Source: Azolla caroliniana (taxonomy: Eukaryota; Plantae; Polypodiophyta). From it: 64,000 nt of DNA. Every line of letters begins with the position of its first letter. The stretch's first letter is position 1. The stretch is from NCBI GenBank assembly GCA_043228905.1, contig JBHGNT010000011.1, positions 62,001-126,000 on the forward strand. Reading direction: 5' to 3'. The notes under the pieces were generated by a model. It was not told where the DNA came from. It was given only the letters and a program-made list of their open reading frames with translations, and did not search any database. The translations under genes were made by a program, and so were the position numbers. Positions 1 to 11,290 of this stretch are shown here, in pieces.

Positions 1-1387
1 GAAAATACCCTTGGATGAAATAGCGTATCCCAAAAATTCGACTTGTTTGCAATCAAAACTGCATTTCTCAAGTTTGGCATAAAGACCATACTTTCTTAGG
101 CGTTCAAGTACTTTCCGCACATGTATATCATGCTCCTTCTATGTTTTAGAGTAAATCAACAAATCATACAGGTAGATGATGAGAAAGATATCCAAGAAAT
201 CCCGAAAAATGTCATTTGCCATATGTTGAAAAACTGTTGGTGCATTTGTGAGCCCAAAAGGCATGACTCTATGCTCGAAATGACCATACCAAGTATGAAA
301 TGCAGTTTTCCACTCATCTCTCGATCGAATTCGAACAAGATTATATGCATCCCTTAGATCAATTTTGGTAAAATGCTTGGCCCCATCAATGCGTTCTAAA
401 AGACTGGAGATTAAAGGAAGAGCATACCTATTCCTTATGGTGACTTTATTTAAGCCTCGATAGTCCACGACCAAACGAAGGGAGCCGTCCTTTTTCTTCA
501 CGAAAAAGATAGGAGCACCAGCTGGAGACTTTGAATGTCGAATAAACCCATGTTCAAGATTTTCCTCAATGTATTCTCGAAGAACCTCAAGCTCAGTGGG
601 TGATAAATTGTAAATCGGACCCCACGATGGCTCTTTTCCTAGTTGGAGATCAATAGGACAGTCGTACAGCCGATGCTTTGGAAGAACACTAAACTTGACT
701 TTGTCGAAAACATCAGCATAGTCTTGATCTTTTTTGGGAATTTAGATGTCGGAATTCCCTTGAGTCGCACTAGAAGGTGTCACTAATACTGCAAATAAGA
801 AGAGGACCTCCTTGCCTCCCATTTGGCACAATTGTTCTAAGGTGATGGCTAAAATTCGATGAGAAGGAAATGGTGCATTGGTAGCACTATATTCTTTAAG
901 AGAATAATCCTGAGTTTGATCCTTGGCAATGATATTTTCTGCCAAAGGGTACCAAATTTCTTGCTTCCTCCAATCGATTCTAGGGTTATGTAGCTCGAAC
1001 CATGGCAAACCGAGGATAATTGGATGTGCAGGACTACGGATTATGTTAAAGGAAACTACACACCTAAATCACCTAAGAGTATGTGTATTAGCTCAGACTC
1101 TTCGAATATCTTCCCAAAAGCAATGGGATGTCCATCAATCACTACTACAGAAACTGGGCAAGGAAGTATATGCAAGGATATTTGGTGTTTTTGGGTAAAA
1201 TCTCTATCCATGAAACAAAAATTGGCTCCAGTATCTAAGAGGGCTTGGACTTGAAGTTGACAACTCGGTGTCCTAACCTGTACTTGGGCTGAGAAGACTC
1301 AACTAACATGCTTGGAAGAAATGGAACCCACACTAGGTTGTACATATCAAGGGTTGTTCAACCAAATGGCTCCTATTTTGGCCAGAC
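1..1387 (-). pseudogene. gypsy pol (aspartic protease and reverse transcriptase) with stops/frameshifts
   Basis: ORFs 139-501 and 742-1008; VQALLDTGANFCFMD protease motif; RT catalytic motif degenerate (YLYD). Confidence 0.9.
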
Positions 1388-1669
1388 TTATTCGTTTGAC
1401 TCCTCTTCTAATTGGCTTAGTACTTCAAACATATTGAACAAGGGTGGATTATTCATAATATTAGATTCACTAACTGCTTCTAAAATGTTGGACTCATTTT
1501 TATTGTCATAGTGAATTTGATTTACCTGATGTCTCGGCCTATGGGAGCAATGAATGGTTATATGTCCTGGACCTCTGCAATATAAGCACAAATGGTTTGC
1601 TAGGCGTCGTTGCTTCTCTTTCTCCGACAACGGCCCTCGTCGTTGAGTCATGTCAATCTCCATGGGCGT
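1388..1669 (-). pseudogene. gag C-terminus with CCHC zinc knuckle
   Basis: TPMEIDMTQRRGPLSEKEKQRRLANHLCLYCRGPGHITIHC; joins in frame to 6760+ (DSPTPMEID) once the insert and one TSD copy are removed. Confidence 0.88.
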
Positions 1670-1842
1670 TGTCGTGAAGTTTCTGGCCTGTAGTGAGAAA
1701 CTGGAAGATATTGAAAGAAACGGCAAGGTGCAACGTGTGCACCCACTCTTGTACAAAATTAGCATAGGAGTTAGGGGCGCCGAATGGTAAATAACTCGGG
1801 ACAAAGGATCCCATGTAATAGGGATTTATCCCCATGAATACG

Positions 1843-2141
1843 AAGCAAGAAGATAACCAAATGGACAAGAAAGAAGATAGTATTAAAGGAAAGAGTCCAT
1901 AACTGGTGTTGTTCACCTTGAATTCCTTCAAGGTGAACTCCTCTATTTATACTACATGGCCTGCATACTTCTTGCACGCATGTGAATCTACAATAGAGCA
2001 TGTAGGTATGCATGCATGTGCCAAGTGTAAATACTACAAGGGAGCAACTATGCACATGATGCTAGCAAAATAATAAGGACCAATTACATACATAACTATG
2101 TACTAGATATCTTGGTTAACTCATAATACTAGATTATAACA
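1843..2141 (-). mobile_element. Truncated fragment of an unrelated LTR inside the 5' LTR
   Basis: Absent from the 3' LTR; ends TTATAACA; replaces the CTCTATAAAA-containing segment seen at ~5717-5790. Confidence 0.65.
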
Positions 2142-2824
2142 TGGTCGTTTTTGTTTCTCTCCTGAGGGTCTGCTTGTGTGTGGGTTAGGGTTCGCAGAGT
2201 ACCCGTTTACGGGCTCTGTTCGTTGTAACATATTCCCTTTTGCAGGTTCCATCTCGTGAATACATCTTTGTTTATGTCCCTATTCTATTTTGTCTTGGAT
2301 CCTCTCTATTTCTGTAAGGGTTTTGTGTGTGTTTCTGATAGGATTCCTTGTGGGTTTCTCCACTCTTCAAGTGGCGTCCGCGTGCGTGCGTGGACGTGAA
2401 TGTTCAGTTAGTTTCTGTTTTTGGTAGCGTCTCAGGGCTCCGCGTTCCAGTGCTCTATGTTTGTTGGTGCGCGCATGTTGGTTTCTATCGTGCGGCGATT
2501 TGGTATGAATAGTGGTTCGTTGCTGGATTTCCTCCCTCTTGGCGTGCAAGACCCCACTCGAGATGGCGAGCTCGTGTGCTACCTTAGGCGGCTTGGAGAT
2601 AAGAGGCGAATGTGGTGAGGAGAGGTGTGCCCTGCACGAGGACCCTATTGCGCGAAAGAGCTTGGGCTCCCCAACCGGTCCTGGGATGCAGGCTCCCTCT
2701 TCCTCTCTGTTCTATGCCGGCTCCATAATAGACGACTTGCATGTAGGTGAGTGTGCCCGTGTAGCTTAGGGCTAGGGTTGTGTGTGTGCGTGATACCCGG
2801 CGTAGAGGTGTCGGGTACTACCGG

Positions 2825-2833
2825 ATATATATA

Positions 2834-2869
<36 letters not shown>

Positions 2870-2921
2870 TGTATGTATGTATGTATGTATGTATGTATGT
2901 ATGTATGTATATGTATGTATG

Positions 2922-2955
<34 letters not shown>

Positions 2956-2973
2956 TGTATGTGTGTGTGTGTG
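2825..2973. repeat. (TA)n(TATG)n(TG)n compound microsatellite
   Basis: Read directly; the homologous site in the 3' LTR (~6475-6508) lacks the TATG block. Confidence 0.97.
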
Positions 2974-3222
2974 CGCGGGTGCGGTTAACCAGGCTAGGAC
3001 CCATGCCTATTTTGGAGCCCTTGTACATACATCCGTGAGGGCGGTAAGGATATGCGCACGCCTTCCCGCTCCGCCAATGGCCACAGGTCGCAACCGGAGA
3101 GACACCGGCTTCGCGGCAAGCTCTGAAGGATCCAAACCTCCGGCAGTCTCCTCTCTCCTGGTCCATGACCCCGGTGGTCCCGCCTGGATTTGACACGTAC
3201 TCGCGGAGTCCCGCACCATCAT

Positions 3223-3240
3223 TGGTGAAGCCGACGTGAA
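3223..3240 (+). promoter_or_regulatory. Primer-binding site complementary to the tRNA-Trp 3' end
   Basis: TGGTGAAGCCGACGTGAA, 4 nt after the LTR; near-identical TGGTGAACCCGACGTGAA at 10974-10991. Confidence 0.8.
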
Positions 3241-5531
3241 AGGTTGCAAAGGAGAATGGAGTTGGAGGCCGAAGACTTCAAGAAGAGGAGTCGAGAAGCG
3301 GCACATCATCATGAGTGAGGTTGATCGAGTCGACCGTTATAGCGGCGGAAGGGGGTGCGAAACAAATCACCCTCTTTACATGGAGAGAAAAACCGGCCAG
3401 ACAAAGGTTGTAGTTCAGCATACCGGTGATCGAGGTAGCAGAGAAAGACCGACGGTTTTGGACACCGCTGTCAAAAGCTCCGGACATTGGAGAATCAAGC
3501 CCAGGCAGGGCTTGATCGATCAAAGACCAAATGCTTCCCACCGGTGGTGCTTGGGAGTCGGTACCCCGAACAAGTCGTCGGCTAGCTGTCAGAGAATCCC
3601 CTCACATCTCATCCGAAGACTCCGGCGGCCGGCAACGAGAGCCCGTGTGAGACCTAGAGAGATGGGAGATGGAGGCAGGAATGCAAGGAGGAGGAGGAGG
3701 ACAAGTTCGACAGAAGCACAGGTGGGTGAGGATAAAGGAAACCGATCCTTCAATTTCCTCACACTGGACCGGAGACTCCGGCAGTTCGGCCAACATGGCA
3801 ATGTGAGACCTAGAGAGATGGCCAGTGGTGGTGGAAATTGGGAAAGGTGGATGTGAGTTGACCCAGACAGTAACCGGGAGGACATGTTTCCGGATAACTG
3901 ATCTGAAAAGGGAAAGAGTCGGTACGATGGTACCATGGGAGAGGGTGTGGAACGAGCCGCCCTCTTGACATGTGGAAAAGGACGACCCAGGACAAGGTCG
4001 AGAAACTTATCGTAAGCCCGAGGGGGATCCTTCACACCGGGCCAAGAGTCTTCAGCGATCGGCAACGGATCTATCGTAAGACCAAGAGACTGGCGATGCG
4101 GCGAGGGGACGAAGGCAAGGAGCAAAAAGAGGTATCCGGTCAGCGAGGCGGCCACAAACCGAATCGGACCTTCCGGCAAGGTCGAATGGAGGATAATGAA
4201 GACCCGGTCCTACGATTTCCTCACACCGATACGGAGACTCCATCAACCCACAACAAGAGCTGACGTGAGACCTAGAGAGATGGACGGTGGCAGCAAAAAT
4301 CGGGACCCGACAATGCAGAAGACACGAGGAGAGTCCGGAGAGACTTAAACAAAAGACGCCCAAGCAGGAAACGAAGTCCGGGTCCCATGGGTTCCCCATG
4401 CCGATCCGGAGACTCTGGCAGCCCGCAATGAGAGCTGGCGTGAGACCTAGAGAGATGGACGGTGGCGGTGGGAAACGGGACCCGGCAGCCGAGAAGCCAA
4501 CGGCAGTGAACAAAGTGCGAGACCTATACCGGCCGATTACGGTTTCTGAAGGAGCCGGTAGGGTCAAGCACAAAGCGGTGTGTCGAGCCGGAAAGGCACA
4601 CCCAGAGTTGAAGAAGAGTCGTGCATGTGGCCATCAAGGGCCGAATCGGAGCACGACTAAGGGCCGCATTCAACACGAGTAGTGCCGAACGGGAGAGATG
4701 GTAGACAGCACGCGGCTGTGCCGAGAACAAGAACGTGGGCACGCGACAAGCTGCATGGTTAAATGTCGGAGGCGACATCAAGGGCCGGAGGAGGATCCTC
4801 CACACCCGCTTCAAAGATCTTGGTGGCTCAATCGGAGTGGCAACGATTGGCGTGGCAAGCCAGGCCCGAGATAACGAGCTGGTGAGGGCGAGGGGACAAC
4901 AGCGGACGAGGGAAAGGCTTCGAACCAGATGCAGTAGCGCGGGACGAAGGATAGCCATGCGGGCTACTGCGGGGTGTCTCTCGGCGTAGAGGACTCCAGG
5001 ATGCGGGAACGATGGAGCACGATATGGTCGGATGAGGACCAACGAAACGTCCAGGGACAGCAATCGGGCTTCGGCACGACGGAGCCGAACTATGGAGAAC
5101 GGGATTGCCGATGAAGGGCCGGAGGATCCTCCACATTGGTAGCGAAGGCCTTGGCAGTACAAGCTGGCAAGGTGACGAAAGACCAAGGAGAACGAAGGTG
5201 GCGATGGGCGCGAACGAGCAACCAAGACTTTGTGGACGATCGACTGAGGCTGAACAGGCCATTAGGAGTGTAAGCGAGCGGGCATGCAGCCAAAAATGGG
5301 CCAACGGAAAGCACGTGTACTACGGGGTCGCGGCAATCGACCTATTTACCGGGTCGAACGAGCCTACAAGAGGCAAGCACGAGAAGAGACCCGAAGCCGA
5401 CGGTTCAGACCGGCAAGACCAACACGGCAGCCAGATGCAGGAGCATAAAGATCGGTTTCTCACTAACCAGAACCCTTCACCCTTTCCCAGATTGGCACGT
5501 ACCGGAGGACATGCGGTTTGGTGGGGGTAGA

Positions 5532-6475
5532 TGTCGTGAAGTTTCCGGCCCGTAGTGAGAAAGTGGAAGATATTGAAAGAATCGGCAAGGTGCAGTGTGT
5601 GCACCCACTCTTGTACAAAATTAGCATAGGAGTTAGGGGCATCTTTAAGGCGCCAAACAGTAAATAACTCAAGACAAAGGATCCCATCTAATAAGGGATT
5701 TATCCTCATGAATACGCGACCCTGACCTTGCTCTATAAAAGGGAGGGTGCGCCTCTTGTACAGGGGTTCCCAATTTTGCTTTGGGTTCCGTTTTTGTTTG
5801 TTTCTCTCCTTAGGGTCTGCTTGTGTGTGGGTTAGGGTTCGCAGAGTACCCGTTTACGGGCTTTGTTCGTTGTAACATATTCCCTTTTGCAGGTTCCATC
5901 TCGTGAATACATCTTTGTTTCTGTCCCTATTCTGTTTCATCTTGCATCCTCTCTGTTTCTGTTAGGGTTTTGTGTGTGTTTCCGATAGGGTTCCTTGTGG
6001 GTTTCGCCACTCGTCAAGTGGCATCCCCGTGCATGCACGGATGTGAGTATTCAGTTAGTTTCTATTTTCGGTAGCGTCTCAGGGCTCCGCGTTCCAGTGC
6101 TCTGTATTTGCTAGTGTGCGCATGTCGGTTTCTGTCGCGCGGCGATTTGGTACAAACAATGGTTTGTTGGTGGATTTCCTCCCTCTTGGCGTGCAAGACC
6201 CCACTCGAGATGGCGAGCCCGTGTGCTCCCTTAGGCGGCTTGGCTATAAGAGGCGAATGTGGTGAGGAGAGGCGTGCCCTGCATGAGGATTGTGTTGCGC
6301 GAAAGAGCTTAGGCTCCCCAACCAGTCCTGGGATGCAAGCTCCCTCTTCCTCGTTGTTCTATGATGGCTCCGTGACAGACGACTAGCATGTGCTTGAGCG
6401 TGCCCGTGTAGCTTAGGGCTAGGGTTGTGTGTGTGCGTGATACCCGGCGTAGAGGTGTCGGGTACTACCAGATAA

Positions 6476-6508
<33 letters not shown>

Positions 6509-6755
6509 CATGCAAGCGTGGTTAACCAGACCGGGACCCCTGCCTGTTTTGGAGCCCTTGTACATACATCCGTGAGGGCGGTAAGGATATGCGCACGCCT
6601 TCTCGCTCTGCCAATGGCCACAGGTCGCAACCGGAGAGACATCGGCCTCGCGGCAAGCTCCGAAGGATCCGAACCTCCGGCAATCTCCTCTCTCCTGGTT
6701 CATGACCCCGGTGGTCCTGCTTGGATCCGACACGTACTCGCGGAGTCCCGCAACA
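5532..6755 (+). repeat. 3' LTR of the nested element, preceded by PPT GGTGGGGGTAGA (5520-5531)
   Basis: TGTCGTGAAG...GTCCCGCAACA; TATA CTATAAAA ~5733. Confidence 0.92.
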
Positions 6756-7522
6756 GCATAGGACTATCCATTGGGACTGGACTATGTGTTTGCCTTGGAG
6801 TTGGATCAGGGCTATATGTTGCCTTGGGGATGGTTGCCCCGTTACTGATGCATAAGTTGGTGTGAATGTTGATCTTGTTATTTGTTGTTGTCGCTCACAT
6901 CGTTGCTCAAAAAGACGATTATCACACCGTATTGCTCAACTAATAGCTTCTGTAAGTGACCTTGGATCCTTGGGGAAGGTAAGAAGTAAGTCTTTCACAT
7001 CACTACGAAGGCCGGAACGAAATTGCTCCATTAAGGCTTGTTCATCCCAAGGAATATCGCTTGCGATGAGACGGAGATTGGTTGTATATGTCGAAGCTGG
7101 CTGATCACCTTGACGTAGTGTACGAATCTTGTTGATTGTTGTTCTCGCCCCATCAGTATCACCGAAACAAGCTTTAAATTCTTTGATAAATTCCTCAGAT
7201 GCATTTGAATCACCAACCATACTTGATTCAAGAAACCTCGGAAATGCACCCTTGAACCATCAAATTTAGCTGGGAGGCTAATTTTGGGCTCCTTGATAAG
7301 TCCTTGACCTTCAACCCTTTGTTGTTGTAACACTACGATTGTCGACTCTAACTGTTGAACCCATCGCATGAACTCCTCTTGTTGTTGTTGCTTCTCTATA
7401 GTAACCTTTTGTAGATCCTCAAGTAGATGTTGATTCTCTACTTCAAGAGATGCGAACATGGATTTCAGATTTTCCATTTCTCCAACAAGGGTGAGATATT
7501 CTTCTGAGTTGATGACGGCCAT
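6756..7522 (-). pseudogene. gag N-terminal part (sushi/PEG10-like), internal deletion/frameshift ~7220
   Basis: ORFs 7031-7522 and 6936-7220: coiled coil, EPKISLPAKFDG, LRQG..YTTNLR..WDEQALMEQFRSGL. Confidence 0.88.
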
Positions 7523-7576
7523 GGTTTCGAGATGGTTATAGAGGAGGATACGAGAAAGAGAGAATTCGAATCAAAC

Positions 7577-7871
7577 TGTCAGAACCAAGAGTAAAAGATA
7601 TAGAGATGGAAGAAGGACATAAGAGAACACGAGAAGAAAGGAAGGAAGTGTTAAGAGAAGAATGGGTGTATTAAGATAGGAAAAGAATGAGAATAGATAC
7701 AAGATATGTAATCAGAGCTGAAGACTAGTGTTGATTCGAATTGATTTGAGAATATATGTATGCTCTTATTTATAGGTTTCTATAGAATAGCTTAGAGATT
7801 TCTATAATGTTCTAGAATGTTCTAGACCTAGAATGCTCTAGGACATTCTAGAATAATCTAGAGTTTTTACA
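7577..7871 (-). repeat. 5' LTR (295 bp) of the Tf1/Tcn1-like element
   Basis: Minus strand TGTAAAAAC...TTCTGACA; TATAAATA at 7767-7774; self-complementary PBS at 7563-7574. Confidence 0.85.
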
Positions 7872-10841
7872 ATAATCAATGTAATACAAGAAGTAGCTTT
7901 TATTCTTTCATATAACAATAAGCTATCTTAATGGTTGATGTTTTTTATGTATGGATTACAAGGTTCGAGGTTCAAGTTCGGGTGACGCCATAATGGTCAT
8001 GTGTTCATGACACTACGTGACACTCTCGCGTCATACGGCTCCGTCTCGTGAATATTGAGTTTCCTCTTCTCCAACCAATGCAACGTTTCGGTCTTCGAAT
8101 CCGATCTCTCTCTCGCATGGATGTCTCGGTGGTGGTTGGCACAACAGTAGTAGAGTGGGATCCACTTACAGTTCAGGCTGGCCTACAAGGCGGTTCATCA
8201 AACCCACTCCTTTTTCATCATGAAGGCCTTCATGATGAACCGGTTCATCAGCTTAGAGCCCGCATAGACGGAGAAAAATCTCTAAAGTGAGTGAGTCCCC
8301 AATAGAACAATCAGAGGTAGGTGGTCAAAGGCCGAGCAAGAAAGTTCCTGCTTGCCTGCCAGGGCCACTCAACCTACAGAAAGGGCAGTTGAAAACAACC
8401 AACCGGGTTTGTGCTTGCTACTGATAAGCACACTTTCTTTAGGTTTTAACCCAGTAGCTGGTAGAGAATGCAATAGCATTAAAGTGAGTTGGCTACCAGA
8501 CTAGGGTACTCCTCCTTCCTCTAACTTGGAAATAATATCGGAGTGTTAGTAGGGAGCTATGAGATACAATGCTTTACCTTCTGACTCCGAGAACGAATTT
8601 TTGGAAATAAACAGTACCATAACTTCTCCCTCGGGCTCAAGTAAGGCGCCTAACAAGAGGCGCAACGAGTCTTTCTCCGACCATTCCAAAAGGATGCCCT
8701 TTAACGTAAGGAACAAGTTTTTAGCACAAATCCCTCTTCGTTGGGGGTTAAGTCGCCTAGTTCAGACTCAAGTTTCTCATGGGACGCCTCGTTCACAACA
8801 TGAGTACATGGGGCTATCATTGTCTCGGTGATTCTGTTTTGCTAACCTTTCAGACTAGTGTCTACCACTGTTGTTGGTGAGTCTTCTCTCCAGGACCAGA
8901 ATGATTACCCCTGTCCAATGACTTTACATTCATTCCTAGATGTCGGGTATTGTTTCCTTACCTACCATCTTTGTAGCCATCACCTGTAATCCGTGCAAGT
9001 GTGTCCGCAACCCCTAGAGGAAACAAGAAGGGATTTCTCGGAGCAACCCTCCCTAGTTCCAGACCTAAGAGTGCACTTTCCCATATGAGCATTTGATAGT
9101 ATAGGTTTGGGGAAGAGTTGTGGGATAACCACCTGAGATATCCTCCTAATCTTAGATAGGTCGTCTGACGGGTTCGCAGTTCATTGTTGTGCTTACACAC
9201 TAGGCTACCCCTCTTCGAAAGCTTCGCGGGACCTACTAGTATTCATATCGTTGCCCAAAGGAGTTTATTGCACAAAGCCCTTGAGGGGACATTGGCCCCT
9301 GCAAGGAGCGGAAGCCTAACGAATGTCGGATGCAAGGCTCCACACCTCATTAAGATCATATTAGCATATTCTCCCAAAAGAGAGGGAGCAAATCCCATTA
9401 AAAGATATTCCACATTATAGCCCATGACTGATTCAAACTTTTACTTCTAGTAGATCAGACGTAGCTCGATTAGTATCTACTGAGCAAAAGATAGAAAACA
9501 AAATCAATACAGAGAACAAGAGAATGCGAAACCATATATGCTCTTACGCTATGACAATCTCACTAAAATTACAAAAACCTACACAAATTAGTGCAATAAT
9601 GATAATAGGACCAATAGATACTTCGTACAAAACCATTTGGACGACAAATCATGATACTCCTGAAAAAGCATATTTGGAATAAGGAGTGAAGCTACTTTTC
9701 CACCAATCAACAGGATCAGTGTACACTGAATCCTCTCCGAACCATACAAGCATGTCACCGCGCATACGGCTCTCTACCCCAACAACTTGCTTTAGATCGC
9801 ATGGGAAACCCGCCCGTCGATGTTCCTTCCGTAGAGGCACATTGACACGTGGTTGGCGGGGAGGGCAAAGCCGTACGTGATAGTCTACCACCATCTAGAT
9901 TTCCTTTTCACTTCGAGAGGTCTGATGTAGTTGCAGGGGTTCATCATCTCTTGCTTCTCTGTCATCCTCTTTAGTTTAGTGGAGTGGAAAATTCTGACTC
10001 TGCACCTTCCTGATGAACGGGTGTCGTGAAGTTGTATTTCACAATGTGAAAATAATGTCAAAAATCTATAAAATTACATTTCCCGTCTGGGAAGCATGTA
10101 GGAATTTTCAGTTCGTGAATCGGAGTTCAGAAGCCCAAGATACAAGCTTCGGAAGGATTAATGTTACTCGAGACACAAATGTAATTATATCAAAAGGGGG
10201 AGTCAAAATTAGATGAGAGTTATTTCTATAATTTCTCAAATGTACAGCTACAAAATTGAAATATAGCATCAATAAATAAAATAATAATAAATATATAAAA
10301 ATAAAAATAAAATAAATCGTCTGCATGAAGCAGTTTGTCAACCGCCTCAAGAGGGTGGTAGGGCAGTTGACCACCCTATATAAGCCACGCCCATGGTGGC
10401 TAAAGGGAAAGGAGGAGAAGGGGAATAGAAGGGGAAGAAGAAGAGGAAGGAAAAGCGAGTGGAGATGCTTGTGTGGGTGTGGGATGCAGAGCTCGCCAAA
10501 GAAGATGATGGCCTACATAAGATAAGTCAACAATTAATAAAAAAAAATGAAATACAACAAGTTGAAGTGGTGTATGTCAAATGCCTCTTTGAAAACAAAA
10601 GGGTGTGAGATCAAATCCTCTCAAATGGTCTATCCTTTCTTTTGGTAATCAAATTTTCTAATATAAATTTGTTATATGTAAAGTGAAAGAGACAAGAGTA
10701 AATACAAGTTAAAGAGTTTGAAATGGTCTATCTCAAATGCTTCTTTTCAAATAGAGTTCGTGAGTTCAAGTCTTGCCAAGTAACTTTCAGCAAATAAATG
10801 TCATAAGTATTTTTTATCAATAAAGTTCTTTTTCGCGACAA

Positions 10842-11290
10842 TGTCGCATCTATTTGCCTTCTCGGCTTCTTGTCATTGCACCATCTACGATTAAGCCTTG
10901 TCACCCTAATCATCCCCGAGTCACAAAACCCCAGCGGTTGCAACACACAACCACAATCTTCTTGACATAAATTTGGTGAACCCGACGTGAAGTGTCGCCG
11001 ACAAGGGGAGTTTTGGAGTTAAAGTTTTCCAAAGAGAAGATCGGAAAATCAAAGAAAATGGCGGATAAAGGTGCCCAACACAGAGATGACAAACAAGGGC
11101 TTCAATGAAGAGATGGAAAGTTTCATGATGACGATGATGAATCGGATGCTTCAAGAACAAAGTGTGATGAACTGGATGGAAAGTGAGTTAACACTCGTCA
11201 TACAAACGGTCATCGAAAGGATAAGCCAATTTAATGGCAAGGATGTCACTCCATTCCTCAAGGTCTATGAATACGAGATGAAGATAGGGA
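10842..11290 (+). mobile_element. Truncated Ty3/gypsy 5' end: LTR end (10967), tRNA-Trp PBS (10974-10991), start of gag
   Basis: CTTGACA-TAAATT-TGGTGAACCCGACGTGAA, then gag-like ISQFNGKDVTPFLKVYEYEM; left LTR boundary uncertain (may extend to TGTCGTGAAG at 10022). Confidence 0.7.

Larger units (their letters stand above)
1670..3218 (+). repeat. 5' LTR of the nested element
   Basis: TGTCGTGAAG...GTCCCGCACCA; colinear with 5532-6755 except 1843-2141 and the microsatellite. Confidence 0.9.
1670..6755 (+). mobile_element. Non-autonomous LTR element (LARD-like), TGTCGTGAAG family, 4-bp TSD GCGT/GCAT
   Basis: Direct LTRs 1670-3218 and 5532-6755; PBS 3223-3240; PPT 5520-5531; GC-rich internal region with no gag/pol motifs; host gag frame restored with a 4-bp TSD. 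Confidence 0.92.
1..7871 (-). mobile_element. Ty3/gypsy chromovirus-type (Tf1/sushi/Tcn1-like) LTR retrotransposon, degenerate; 3' part runs off the window; interrupted at 1670-6755
   Basis: 5' LTR 7577-7871; gag from 7522 (EPKISLPAKFDG, PMEID, CLYCRGPGHITIHC knuckle); protease ALLDTGA ~1230-1250; [19 protein letters not shown]...MPFGLTNAP at 139-501. Confidence 0.93.

Noticed and set aside
2645-3196. ORFs rich in YIHT/MYVC repeats
   Set aside because: Translation of the (TATG)n microsatellite inside an LTR.
3236-5530. Many overlapping 130-230 aa ORFs; repeat-spacer pattern superficially like CRISPR
   Set aside because: GC-rich, stop-poor sequence on both strands with no domain motifs; spacing is long and irregular, there are no cas genes, and the context is eukaryotic.
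10022-10840. TGTCGTGAAG...TCGCGACA as a fourth solo LTR of the NCGT family
   Set aside because: Termini resemble the family, but the flanks (CGGG vs ATGT) do not form a TSD and the interior is dissimilar; excluded from the TSD count.
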